A stretch of DNA of 37,348 bases, taken from positions 24,194-61,541 of the forward strand of contig CAYMJO010000001.1 in assembly GCA_964391305.1 (NCBI GenBank), read 5' to 3'. The DNA is from an uncultured Candidatus Saccharibacteria bacterium (GTDB lineage: Bacteria > Patescibacteriota > CALEFQ01). The notes under the pieces are model-generated. The model saw only the letters and a list, made by a program, of their open reading frames with translations, ran no database searches and was not told the origin of the DNA. Position numbers and translations under genes: made by a program. Below, piece after piece: positions 17,072-26,651 of this stretch. Numbering within the stretch: position 1 is the stretch's first letter; the number at the start of each line of letters is the position of its first letter.

Positions 17072-17725
17072 CTAATTAAGACGTTTCAGAACTTCCACCT
17101 TGACATCATCGTAACTAATTTTGCCCGCATATTTTTCTCCGTTTAAATAGAAAGTTGGCGTTCCCGTTACACCTGACTTTTTTCCGCTGTTTAAATCTTC
17201 TTCAACCTTGTCAGTATACGTTCCATCTTTCAACTCTTTTTCAAATTTCTCCATGTTAAGTCCTATCTCTTTTGCGATCTCTTTAACTTTTTCTATGTCT
17301 TTCAATTCGGAGGTACTCTCAAAAAGCTTTTCATGCATTTCCCAAAACTTTCCCTGCGCGCCCGCAGCCTCGGAGGCTTCTGCAACTTTTTGGGCCGTTG
17401 GATGCAGGTTCTTTATGGGATATTGGCGCATCACAACACGCAAATCTTTCGGATATTCCTCGAGTAACTTTTTAAAAATGTTTTTCTCCGCATAGACACA
17501 CGCGGGACACTGATAATCACTGTAAACTACTATCGTAAGTTTGGGATTGTCCGCGCCACGTTTCCAATCTTGGTCATTAACTGGAATAGTCAAAGCACTG
17601 ATGCCTGAATAATCTGTCTTATCTTTATCCTCTTCACCTATAGAAAAATAAACAGCAGCGGCAACCGCGGAAACTATAACCGCGACAACAATTATTGGAA
17701 TAACAATTGATTGAGACTTTGCCAT
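17072..17725 (-). CDS. DsbA/BdbD-like thiol-disulfide oxidoreductase, membrane anchored
   Basis: N-terminal anchor, SDYQCPACVY (CPxC active site) and VTGTPTFYLNG cis-Pro loop. Confidence 0.8.
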   Translation of the reverse strand: MAKSQSIVIPIIVVAVIVSAVAAAVYFSIGEEDKDKTDYSGISALTIPVNDQDWKRGADNPKLTIVVYSDYQCPACVYAEKNIFKKLLEEYPKDLRVVMRQYPIKNLHPTAQKVAEASEAAGAQGKFWEMHEKLFESTSELKDIEKVKEIAKEIGLNMEKFEKELKDGTYTDKVEEDLNSGKKSGVTGTPTFYLNGEKYAGKISYDDVKVEVLKRLN

Positions 17726-17824
17726 CAAATTTATTTTTAAAAAAAATTAATTATTTCCCCGCGGCACTTAAGAATAAAGCTTCTGCTCAAAACCATGAGT
17801 ATTAGATCTTGGATCTGAATAAAC

Positions 17825-18070
17825 TTATTTAAGTTTGAGCGCCACATCCAACTCATCTTTATTAAATCCCGACAAAACTTTTTTGTTATTTCCCTCGCCA
17901 ATGACAATAATCGGGACTCCCATTTGCCCGCTGACATTGACAGCTTCTTCGGCAACCTTAGGATCGGTAACGTCTTTTTCCTCGCATGCAATATTATTCT
18001 GGTTAAAATACTGTTTTGCTACTTTGCAATATCCGCATGTTGGCGATGTGTACATTAAAACTTTTTTCAT
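17825..18070 (-). CDS. Glutaredoxin/NrdH-like small redoxin
   Basis: 81 aa, MYTSPTCGYCKVAK (CGYC active site) and GVPIIVIG motif. Confidence 0.8.
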   Translation of the reverse strand: MKKVLMYTSPTCGYCKVAKQYFNQNNIACEEKDVTDPKVAEEAVNVSGQMGVPIIVIGEGNNKKVLSGFNKDELDVALKLK

Positions 18071-18273
18071 AAAATTGATTTTTTAATCAAAATACAAAAT
18101 GTCTTTCGTTAAACAATAACATAAAAAAAAACATAAAGCAAAAATGCATGGAGGTGCCAAAAACGATTGAAACACTTAGAACGCTCAACTTGCTTTAATT
18201 GCTGGACCGCTTCGCGCGTTCAATATAAAACAAACATTTTCTGCCTTCAATTCAAGCAATTTGAGCATTTCGA

Positions 18274-20016
18274 TTAAGCATTTCGAACATTTTCCAGCCA
18301 TTTAAACAAATCCTCCAATGAAAAAGTATTAATAACATCAGAAGCCTCCGCCCATCCGCGCCTCGCCGTCGCAACGCCGTACTTCATCAGGTGCAGGCCG
18401 TCAACGCTGTGCGCGTCGGTGTTTACCGCAAACTTGACTCCGAATTTCAGCGCGGACTTGATGAGATCATCCCGCAAGTCCAAGCGCTCGGGATGCGCAT
18501 TTATCTCAAGCGCAACTTTATTTTTCGAAGCCTCTTTGAAAATTTTTAGCCAGTCTACTTCATATGGATCTCTTTGTAAAAGAAGCCTTCCCGAAGGATG
18601 GCCGATGACATCGACGTTTGGATTTCGGATTGCGGTGATCAAACGCTTGGTCATCTTTGCCTCGCTTTGGCGAAATGAAGAATGGACTGATACGGTAACA
18701 ATATCAAGTTTTGACAGAACATCATCCGAAATATCAAGTTTTCCGTCCGCCATTATATTCGCCTCAACGGAAGAAAGCACTCTAAAACTCTTGGATTTTT
18801 TATTTAAACTTTGAATTTTTTCATGCTGTTTCAAAAGACCTCTTCCAGAAAGCCCTTGGGTTATGCCAAGCCCTTCGGCATGTTCGGAAATCGCGATATA
18901 CTCGTATCCAAGCTTTCTTGCTTCTGCAATCAATTCCTCCAGAGAAGAACGCGCATCAGAGCTTTCCGAGTGCATGTGCAAATCGCCTTTTATGTCTTTG
19001 AAATCAACAAACTTTGGAAGCTTATCCTCAAGCGCCGCCTCGATCTCTCCTCGGTCTTCTCGAAGCTCGGGCGGGATATTTTGCATGCCAAAATATTTGT
19101 AAAAATCTTGTTCATCACTGAACAACTTATGTGTTCTTGCTTTGCCTTTTATAACTCCATACTCCGAAATGGAATAGCCCTCTTTTTTAGCCCAAGTACG
19201 AAGATGAACGTTGTGTTCTTTTGAACCCGTAAAATGCTGTAAAAGAGAGCCATAGTTTTTCATCGGAAGAACTTCCAGATCAATTTGAACGATCTCTTTG
19301 TGTAAAATTGCTCCCTTTGTGTCCCCTTTTAAAATTACTTTCTTTTTATTTGGATATTTTACAAAGTGCTCAATAACTTTCTCGGGATTAGAAGAGCCAA
19401 CGATCAGATCGATATCGCCGACTGTTTCTTTCATGCGCCGCAAGCTTCCAACAACATCGCACTTTTTGACATCTTTGCATTTTTTCAAATATTTGAGAAC
19501 ATCTTGTGCAATGGGCTCTGCGAAAGTCAGCAAATAACGAGTGATCTTCTTCCGCTCCCGGAGGCTTTTCAAGGATTGTAAAATATTCTCCTCTGTCCTT
19601 GCCCGAAAGCCCTCAAGCTCTCTCACCTTGCCGGCTTTTGCCTTTTCTTCGAGGTCTGACAAGCTTCGTAAATTTAATTCCTTGTAAAGTTTGCGCGCGG
19701 TCTTTGCGCCAATACCTGGAACATTCAACATTTCAAGCTCAACTTTGGGAATTTTCTTTTTCAGATTTTCGTAATATTTACATTTTCCCGTTTTAATCAG
19801 CTCTTCGATCTTCTCCGCGATGGACTCTCCGATTCCAGTAAGGTTCACAAGCCCATTGACTCCTTTTTCTTTATAAATATCTTCCAAATCTTCAGCCATG
19901 TGTTCAATCTCTCTGCCCGCATTTCTGTAAGCTGAAACTTTGAAGTTGTTTGTGCCTCTAAGCTCTAAAATTCGTGAAATCTCGCTGAAAATTTTTGAAA
20001 AATCGGAATTGCTCAT
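18274..20016 (-). CDS. polX: Family X DNA polymerase with C-terminal PHP phosphoesterase domain
   Basis: 580 aa with HhH motifs (GIGESIAEKI, GIGAKTARKL), Pol-beta nucleotidyltransferase motif GSLRR...GDIDL, and a PHP domain (DLHMHSESSD, SEH, VHS, NTDAH). Confidence 0.9.
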   Translation of the reverse strand: MSNSDFSKIFSEISRILELRGTNNFKVSAYRNAGREIEHMAEDLEDIYKEKGVNGLVNLTGIGESIAEKIEELIKTGKCKYYENLKKKIPKVELEMLNVPGIGAKTARKLYKELNLRSLSDLEEKAKAGKVRELEGFRARTEENILQSLKSLRERKKITRYLLTFAEPIAQDVLKYLKKCKDVKKCDVVGSLRRMKETVGDIDLIVGSSNPEKVIEHFVKYPNKKKVILKGDTKGAILHKEIVQIDLEVLPMKNYGSLLQHFTGSKEHNVHLRTWAKKEGYSISEYGVIKGKARTHKLFSDEQDFYKYFGMQNIPPELREDRGEIEAALEDKLPKFVDFKDIKGDLHMHSESSDARSSLEELIAEARKLGYEYIAISEHAEGLGITQGLSGRGLLKQHEKIQSLNKKSKSFRVLSSVEANIMADGKLDISDDVLSKLDIVTVSVHSSFRQSEAKMTKRLITAIRNPNVDVIGHPSGRLLLQRDPYEVDWLKIFKEASKNKVALEINAHPERLDLRDDLIKSALKFGVKFAVNTDAHSVDGLHLMKYGVATARRGWAEASDVINTFSLEDLFKWLENVRNA

Positions 20017-20017
20017 T

Positions 20018-20599
20018 TTATTTTATAATTTTTAAAAAAAACCAAAGGACAAAAGTAAGAGCAACCACGGTAATAACAAGCAATAAAACGAAAGAAATCT
20101 TGGTCGATCTCGTGATTACAAAATCAGATTTTTTATGATCGAGCGCGCATCTAATCATCGCCTCTCCCGTTTTACCCCATTTCAAATACTTGGAAAAATC
20201 CTTAGGGTTGATGAATCTCCGGACGACAATGTCGCCATCCGGATCAGCAGTTAATTTTGACATCATTTTAACAACGGCAAAATAACGAACCTGATAAAAA
20301 ATCTCGCCTTTCCCCGCAACCTCCTGATAGCCCATAAATTGAATATCCTCAAGCCTCACATTTGCCTCTTCCCATGCTTCGCGCTTAAGCGCATCAATGG
20401 AAGATTCACCTTTTTCGATCATGCCGCCGGGCAGTGTCCAATGAAGACCGCCGCGCTTGCTTTGGACGATCAATAATTTCCCCACACTGTTAAAACAAAA
20501 AGGATAAGCTTGGGTTATCGGCCAAACTTTGGGAAACTTGTCTGTTTCATACCAAGTATATGTAATACTGCCAGATTTTTGTACAATAGGAGCCTTCAT
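20018..20599 (-). CDS. NUDIX hydrolase with C-terminal membrane anchor
   Basis: Nudix box GGMIEKGESSIDALKREAWEEANV. The last 25 aa or so are hydrophobic. ATG at 20599 preferred over TTG at 20608. Confidence 0.8.
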   Translation of the reverse strand: MKAPIVQKSGSITYTWYETDKFPKVWPITQAYPFCFNSVGKLLIVQSKRGGLHWTLPGGMIEKGESSIDALKREAWEEANVRLEDIQFMGYQEVAGKGEIFYQVRYFAVVKMMSKLTADPDGDIVVRRFINPKDFSKYLKWGKTGEAMIRCALDHKKSDFVITRSTKISFVLLLVITVVALTFVLWFFLKIIK

Positions 20600-20600
20600 A

Positions 20601-20978
20601 TTAAACAAGCTGTTCCTTCACCCTCTTCACCAAATCATCCATCCTGCAATCCGCCTTCAGCAAATATCCCTGCGCATTATTATACATCGCCTTTGCAACC
20701 CTTTCGGTATCCTGAACATTTGTAAGCAAAATGACCTTGATCGTTTTCCCATTTTCATGCTTTCGAAGCTTTTCAAGAACCTCCATGCCATCCATCTTCG
20801 GAAGCATAACGTCGAGCAATACCAAACTAGGTAACTCCTTCAAAGCAACTTTCAACCCTTCCTCTCCGTCTCTCGCTTTTAAGACATCGTATCCAGCTTC
20901 CCCCAACTTATCCGCCATAACCTCCAACATAGGAACCTCATCCTCGATCACAAGAATTTTTTGTTTTCTTTTTTTCAT
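20601..20978 (-). CDS. Single-domain response regulator (CheY-like receiver)
   Basis: 125 aa, ILVIEDE acidic pocket, LLDVMLPKMDG phospho-acceptor Asp and a conserved Lys region. No output domain. Confidence 0.85.
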   Translation of the reverse strand: MKKRKQKILVIEDEVPMLEVMADKLGEAGYDVLKARDGEEGLKVALKELPSLVLLDVMLPKMDGMEVLEKLRKHENGKTIKVILLTNVQDTERVAKAMYNNAQGYLLKADCRMDDLVKRVKEQLV

Positions 20979-21019
20979 AAATTTAAAAATAATTTAAAAA
21001 AATCATAAGAAAATAAAAA

Positions 21020-23341
21020 TCAATTCAACATGGTGGATCCTTTTCTTTTTACCATGCCGCAAAGCGGAATGGTCACATAAAAAGTCGTGCCTTTGTTGAC
21101 CGTTGACTTAAACCAAATCTTTCCATTAGAATAACCAATTATAGACTTTACAATATAAAGCCCAAGTCCAGTGCCGCTTTGATTTTTATTCTGAAGCATT
21201 TGAGCACTAAATAATTTTGTAAAAACTTTCGAATAATCTTTTGCGGGAATACCATAACCAGTATCAGAAACTGTTATTAAAATATCACTTCCTCTTTTTT
21301 TTATGCTCAAATTTATTTTCCCCCTAGGGGGAGTGTATTTGATAGCATTATAAATCAAATTATGAAAAACTATTTGTAAAAGTTTGGGATCCGCTTTAAC
21401 CTTCGGCAAATTTTTGCCGTAAGACTTGGTTAAATTTAATTTGTATCTCTCTATATACAAAGCCAAATCTTTTAAAACATCATCGGCAACTTTGCCAAAA
21501 TTCAACAGTTTAGTCTCTACCATGAACTTGCCAAGCTCAATCCGAGAAACATTCAAGAAATCCCCAACAAGCTCCGTCATTTTTCTGCTTCCATCATAAA
21601 TCTCTCTAATATATTTTTCTTGCTTCTTGGTAAGATATCCCCGTTCTTTAGATAAAAGCATCTCGGCATACCAGTTGATAGTAGAAAGAGGGGTACGAAG
21701 CTCATGAGAAGCAAACGATACAAATTCCGTCTTGGCTCGATCAATCTTTTGACGCTCGGTCACATCTCTCACGGTAATCAGAATACCTTTGATCTTATTA
21801 TTAGTCTTAATCATTCTGCTGCTTGTCTCAACAAAGATAGTACTGCCATCTTTGTGTTTGGCCTTTAATTGCTTCACCGAAGGATTTCTCTTGCCGCTCA
21901 TGGCATCTTTGAAAAACTTGATAATTTTGGAAAGCTCACGAGGCTCAAAAAAACCAACCTTCGCAAAATTCTTCCCCAAAATTTCTTCCCGACTGAATCC
22001 AAAAATGTCTTTCACTCTTTTATTCAGCTCAACTATTGTTCCCCCTTCATCCAAATAAATAATCATATCGTTAACATTTTCGAAAATAGCCCTGAATCTA
22101 TCTCGAGCTTCTTTTATTTTGTCTTTTGCCTCCTTCTCCTCAGTTATATTACGCACCAGCGCCACGAAACTATCTATTTCGCCGCCCTTTTTTATAATAT
22201 TAATTTTTGATTCTACAATTATCCTTTTCCCTTTTTTATCCTTTACTTCAAACTCCATCCTCGACATGGGTCTTTTTCCCCTGACACAGTCTCTGAAAAT
22301 TTTCTTGACTTTAGGAACGTCTTTCAAGCTAAAAGATCCAAGTTCCAAAAAATTTTTACCTATCACTTCTTTTGGTTCATACCCCGATACATCCTTGCTT
22401 CTTGGATTTATATCAAGAATCTTCCCACGTTTGTCAAGATAAACAATTTCATCGCTTACATTTTTGAAGATGGTTCTAAACTTTTCTTCACTTGCGCGCA
22501 ATGCGCGCTCGTTACGCTTGCGCTCGGTAATGTCGGTGATAATGGCTATCGTCCCTTTCACTCCGCCGCTAGCCGATCGAAGAGGAGAGGCAGAAACCAA
22601 AATATTTCTTATTGATCCATTTTTGCAAACAAAGCTTGTTTCATACTGTTCCTTAACTCCATTTTTGCGACGTTTTGTATGATCTTTAAAATTTTTGAAC
22701 TCATCTTTAGTGCTTATTTTCTTAAGATTCATCCCCAAAAGTTCTTTTCGTGTGTATCCGACAATTTTTGCAAAAGCGGGATTCACATATATGAGATTTT
22801 CATCAATATCAGAAATTCCAATTCCATCAAACGCAGTTTCCGAAACAATCCTATATTTTTCCTCGCTTCGTTTGAGCGTCTCTTCGATCTGCTTACTCTT
22901 GGTTACATCGGATATCATTACAATCTCATAAAGCAGTTTGTCTTTCTTATCTTTGACAGGAGAAACTATCACTTTTCCCATAACTGTTCCTCCGTTCTTA
23001 GTTGCGAGACGAATCTCGTGCGGCATTATTTTTTTATGACGGTTTCTTTGTGAGAAAAACTTTCTAACAACAGACTTGCTCGTTTTTTTAAAATGCGGCA
23101 AATTTATAAACTTTTTTCCCACTATTTCTCCCCGTCTATATCCAAGCCATTCATAAAATCTCTTGTTCCCATCTAAAACCTTTCCCCATTTATCCACGAT
23201 TAAAACAGCTTCCGGAGAAGCATCGAACATCCCCTTGTAAATTTCCATAATATTAAACGCATATCCCTTCGTCTTTCCATGTTTTTCCACCATATCCAAA
23301 ACTTTTATGGTTTTTTTGCCGGATTTTTGAGTCTTTTCCAC
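21020..23341 (-). CDS. Multi-PAS sensor histidine kinase
   Basis: At least four PAS/PAC repeats (recurrent DITERK, NITEEK, DVTERQ PAC ends), HisKA H-box SHELRTPL, and HATPase N, G1 and G2 boxes (NAIKYT, DTGYGI, GTGLGL). Apparent GTG start. Confidence 0.9.
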   Translation of the reverse strand: MEKTQKSGKKTIKVLDMVEKHGKTKGYAFNIMEIYKGMFDASPEAVLIVDKWGKVLDGNKRFYEWLGYRRGEIVGKKFINLPHFKKTSKSVVRKFFSQRNRHKKIMPHEIRLATKNGGTVMGKVIVSPVKDKKDKLLYEIVMISDVTKSKQIEETLKRSEEKYRIVSETAFDGIGISDIDENLIYVNPAFAKIVGYTRKELLGMNLKKISTKDEFKNFKDHTKRRKNGVKEQYETSFVCKNGSIRNILVSASPLRSASGGVKGTIAIITDITERKRNERALRASEEKFRTIFKNVSDEIVYLDKRGKILDINPRSKDVSGYEPKEVIGKNFLELGSFSLKDVPKVKKIFRDCVRGKRPMSRMEFEVKDKKGKRIIVESKINIIKKGGEIDSFVALVRNITEEKEAKDKIKEARDRFRAIFENVNDMIIYLDEGGTIVELNKRVKDIFGFSREEILGKNFAKVGFFEPRELSKIIKFFKDAMSGKRNPSVKQLKAKHKDGSTIFVETSSRMIKTNNKIKGILITVRDVTERQKIDRAKTEFVSFASHELRTPLSTINWYAEMLLSKERGYLTKKQEKYIREIYDGSRKMTELVGDFLNVSRIELGKFMVETKLLNFGKVADDVLKDLALYIERYKLNLTKSYGKNLPKVKADPKLLQIVFHNLIYNAIKYTPPRGKINLSIKKRGSDILITVSDTGYGIPAKDYSKVFTKLFSAQMLQNKNQSGTGLGLYIVKSIIGYSNGKIWFKSTVNKGTTFYVTIPLCGMVKRKGSTMLN

Positions 23342-23777
23342 AAAATTTTAATCTAGAATACAAACAAATTCACAAGCCTAATTTTCACCATCAAACATGC
23401 ATTAAACATTCTTCAAATCAAATAAAAAAGCTACGACAACGCGAAGCTATAACTGCAAAAGGACAAAAAATGCCAAAAAACGATTTTGAGATTTTTTCAT
23501 TTTTTTCATATCGTTTCTTCTTTCAAAAAATCAAAAAAGTTCTCCATATTCAACCCATACTTATTATAACAAACCCTTCAATTTTACCAAGCTAAAAACG
23601 CGTTTTCTAAAATTTAAAAAAACTTATCCACATATTTAAAAATCAACCAAGATATTCGCAATACGTTAAAATCCGACAAGATTAGTCCTATTGCTAAAAT
23701 GGCGCTAATTTTAGCAAAAACCTTGAAATCTAATCGTTCAAATTTTTTTTAAAAAAAACTCTCAAAAATCAACTCTT

Positions 23778-23945
23778 CTACTTCCGCTTCCAGTCTCGAA
23801 CTATCAATTCATGCTTCCGCCCGCCAAAAACAAGCTCAAGTTTCTGCCCTTTCCTCCAGCCGAAGTTTCTCACCACTTTCCGAGGCAAAACAACGGACAG
23901 GCTATGAGATGAAACTTTTCTAATTTTTCTAGTAAATTTTTCCAT
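23778..23945 (-). CDS. AbrB/MazE/SpoVT-type small DNA-binding protein
   Basis: 55 aa from ATG 23945. SVVLPRKVVRNFGWRKGQKLEL matches the swapped-hairpin AbrB-like motif. Confidence 0.5.
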   Translation of the reverse strand: MEKFTRKIRKVSSHSLSVVLPRKVVRNFGWRKGQKLELVFGGRKHELIVRDWKRK

Positions 23946-24134
23946 AAAATTTTCGTGTATACGCAAGTGTACACGTTCATAGACACGTAAAAGCACCAAG
24001 CGTTAAACGCCAAGCTCTAAACTTTTTTTAAAACGATTTAAGAATAAATTTTCGTCATCCAATACCTGCATTATCTAAACTTCTAAATTCGCGAAAGAAA
24101 AAACATAACAATCAATTGACAAAATCAATCATCA

Positions 24135-25748
24135 TTAATTGCTAATCTCTTTGACTCTCAACAACGGCGCGCCATCAACCAGCAAAGTATAAATAACTTT
24201 TCCTCCTTTAAAAGGATCATAAGCCGCTTTAGTCACATAAATAACATAATTTGGATCATTCTCATTTTCTCTAATAAGCTTGATATCCGGCCTTAAATAA
24301 TTTTCAGCCATTTTTGGCGTCGGCATGACGGCTATCTTAGCACCTTCTTCAATATGCCCATTCACCCATTCGGCACCCTGCTTAAATTCCTGTCCCCAGT
24401 ATCCAACCTCTACATAACGATACGCGCCACGCATCCCGCCGATAAGATCGTTAAAGTAATAAAGCTCATAAGGATGAATTACAGCCATTTGGTAAAAAAC
24501 CCTGCCTGTAAAAAAGACAATCACAATAGTCAGTACAACATACAGCCAACGACGCCAAGTTTTTATCAAAGTTTTTTCTCCGATAAACCGGTAAAGCCAA
24601 TCGGCTCCCATTCCCGCCAACAAAGCTAAAGCAGGCACAATAAAAACAAAATGCCTGATGCCGTCATAAACATTAATATGAAGAATCACTATCAAAACCA
24701 ACGGAAGCCAGAACCAAACAAGATATAGGATACTGCCATCATTGGCTAGAGTTTTCACGTTTCGGCAAGCAACGAAAGTTCCCATACCGCCAAATACTAT
24801 AATAATAACAGGGGTAACCACGAACAGCATGAACGGCGCATAGTGCCAAGGCAGATCAACAGATTTATAAACAACGCCTTGGTACCACACATTTCCCAGC
24901 CATTCATAGCCGCCAACTTCACGAATCGCCTCAAGCATACGAAATATTGGATTCGACCAAACCCATGGCCAGAAAGCGGCAGCCGTCCCAAAAGCCACAA
25001 AAGGCAACGACAGTAATCCCCACCCCCATTGCTTGAAACCTGACCAGACTTTGCGTTTATTTTCACCAAACGATTTGAAAAAACCCCAAATTCTTTCGCG
25101 AAAAGCCAGCAAAAACCAAACAGCGAGTATAGGCAAGACGAACAAGACGCTGATACCAACGGCAAAAGCCAGCCCAAACGTAATCCCGCTTAACAAAAAA
25201 AGCCATGCCCGTCTTCTTTTTACAGCCAAATAAAACAGAAAAATCGTTAAAGTGAACAAAGCCACAAGCGGAGTGGCTTTCATATTCACCTGCATATCTC
25301 CAATAAAACGCGGAAAAGCCATTAAAAAAACTGCACTAAAAACGGCTGCTCTTAGCCCAAGCGTCACCCTCGCCAAAAAAAACACAGTCATCAAAGTGAC
25401 CGCTCCAAAGAGAATTAAATGAATATGGTGAGCCGGAACAAAGAAAAGCACTCCCAGACGTTTCGTAAACAGCTCCCAAAAAATATCGCCTATCATATCT
25501 CCCAAGGGACCATAGAAGCGCATATTGCCAAAAAGCTCTATTTCTTCAATATGGCTTTCCCCTTGAAAAATATTGCGATTCTGTTCTCCTGACCGATAAT
25601 GCAAATCCTCGTCCCATGTTTGACCATAATCATTAATATTGAGAAAATTCACCAAACAAAAGACAGCCACAATAACTACAATCAAGATAACTGAAAATGA
25701 CTTGCTCCCGAACCAATTATTCTTTTTCGAATTGTTTAAGAAACTCAT
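24135..25748 (-). CDS. GT39/GT83-like (ArnT/PMT-type) polyprenyl-phosphate-sugar dependent glycosyltransferase
   Basis: 537-aa protein with more than ten predicted TM helices. First extracytoplasmic loop has a DE motif (GQTWDEDLHY). Overall architecture resembles ArnT/PMT_2 proteins. Confidence 0.65.
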   Translation of the reverse strand: MSFLNNSKKNNWFGSKSFSVILIVVIVAVFCLVNFLNINDYGQTWDEDLHYRSGEQNRNIFQGESHIEEIELFGNMRFYGPLGDMIGDIFWELFTKRLGVLFFVPAHHIHLILFGAVTLMTVFFLARVTLGLRAAVFSAVFLMAFPRFIGDMQVNMKATPLVALFTLTIFLFYLAVKRRRAWLFLLSGITFGLAFAVGISVLFVLPILAVWFLLAFRERIWGFFKSFGENKRKVWSGFKQWGWGLLSLPFVAFGTAAAFWPWVWSNPIFRMLEAIREVGGYEWLGNVWYQGVVYKSVDLPWHYAPFMLFVVTPVIIIVFGGMGTFVACRNVKTLANDGSILYLVWFWLPLVLIVILHINVYDGIRHFVFIVPALALLAGMGADWLYRFIGEKTLIKTWRRWLYVVLTIVIVFFTGRVFYQMAVIHPYELYYFNDLIGGMRGAYRYVEVGYWGQEFKQGAEWVNGHIEEGAKIAVMPTPKMAENYLRPDIKLIRENENDPNYVIYVTKAAYDPFKGGKVIYTLLVDGAPLLRVKEISN

Positions 25749-26505
25749 ATTGTTTATAGCGCTCGGTTAAGATTTCGTACTCCTTAGCAGAAGCTATAAA
25801 GCAAGCGGGATGAAAAATTATTTCCGTATGCTCTGAAGCCATAATCCGGATGGCCTCAAGTACTTCGGCTTTCTCCCGTTGCGGAAAAATCCAATCAATG
25901 CTAAAAAACGAGTCTGTGGTTTTATCCATGAACAAAGCCACGCGGGCGCGACGACTCCGACGATCTAAGCTAAGCATAAAATTTATCACCCAAGCTCTCG
26001 GTGAACGGCACCAAAACCGGAAAGGCGAGTTATGCCTTCCAATTCTGACCGACTTGATTCCAAGTTCCTCCGCCAACTGACAAACGTAACCAAAAAGAAA
26101 AGGATGAAAATTTAGATGCTGATGAGCTTCCAGCTGATCCGGCAAAAAGCCGAATTTGCGCTCAAATTCACTGACCTGTTCCCGCCAGACGACTTGAACC
26201 CGCTTGCGTAAAGACTGGCTTAAAGCCAAGCGCATCCCGCTAATAAGAATAAATGATAATTTTTCTTCTTTCTCAATACTACGTTCTCTGCTTAAAATAC
26301 TACGGGCATCAAGATGCAGACCAATACGTATGTTTTTTGTCTCTTTGAGATTTTTCAAAGCGGAAATCTTGGCATCATCCAAACCCGCCAGCAAAACCGA
26401 AGTTCCATCAAGCTTACCATTCTTTAGCAATTCTAAAATTGCCGCATCACCCTGCGCACAAAGTCCAAAGTCGTCAGCATAAAAAAACATTTTTATCGAG
26501 CTCAT
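25717..26505 (-). CDS. YdjC/ChbG-family carbohydrate deacetylase
   Basis: N-terminal FFYADDFGL motif (YdjC metal/catalytic Asp pair) and HLD, HQH His motifs. 32-nt overlap with the GT39-like gene. Confidence 0.6.
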   Translation of the reverse strand: MSSIKMFFYADDFGLCAQGDAAILELLKNGKLDGTSVLLAGLDDAKISALKNLKETKNIRIGLHLDARSILSRERSIEKEEKLSFILISGMRLALSQSLRKRVQVVWREQVSEFERKFGFLPDQLEAHQHLNFHPFLFGYVCQLAEELGIKSVRIGRHNSPFRFWCRSPRAWVINFMLSLDRRSRRARVALFMDKTTDSFFSIDWIFPQREKAEVLEAIRIMASEHTEIIFHPACFIASAKEYEILTERYKQYEFLKQFEKE

Positions 26506-26651
26506 TTTTTATAAAAAAATATTATCCGTAAAACAACAAACGCTCCATAAATTAATTTGTATCTTTAAAAAACTTAACCAGCATTCATTCAGTTAAATAA
26601 AAAAACTAAAACTCCAAGTTCTTTACTAATAATGGAATATGATTTAATTTT

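Noticed and set aside
17737-17991. 84-aa minus-strand ORF overlapping the glutaredoxin-like gene.
   Set aside because: It occupies a different frame of the same strand as a gene with a clear CGYC redoxin motif. Its translation has no features.
23470-23610. 46-aa plus-strand ORF (MPKNDFEIFSFF...) in the 436-bp gap.
   Set aside because: Low-complexity F/I/K sequence typical of AT-rich non-coding DNA, with no convincing RBS.
23624-23632. Perfect DnaA box TTATCCACA in the long AT-rich gap, and a second one (TGTGGATAA) at 35512-35520, considered as a possible oriC.
   Set aside because: These are single isolated boxes with no cluster of near-consensus boxes. There is no dnaA or dnaN nearby and no switch of gene-strand bias at either site. 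Two hits in 37 kb of AT-rich DNA is close to chance.
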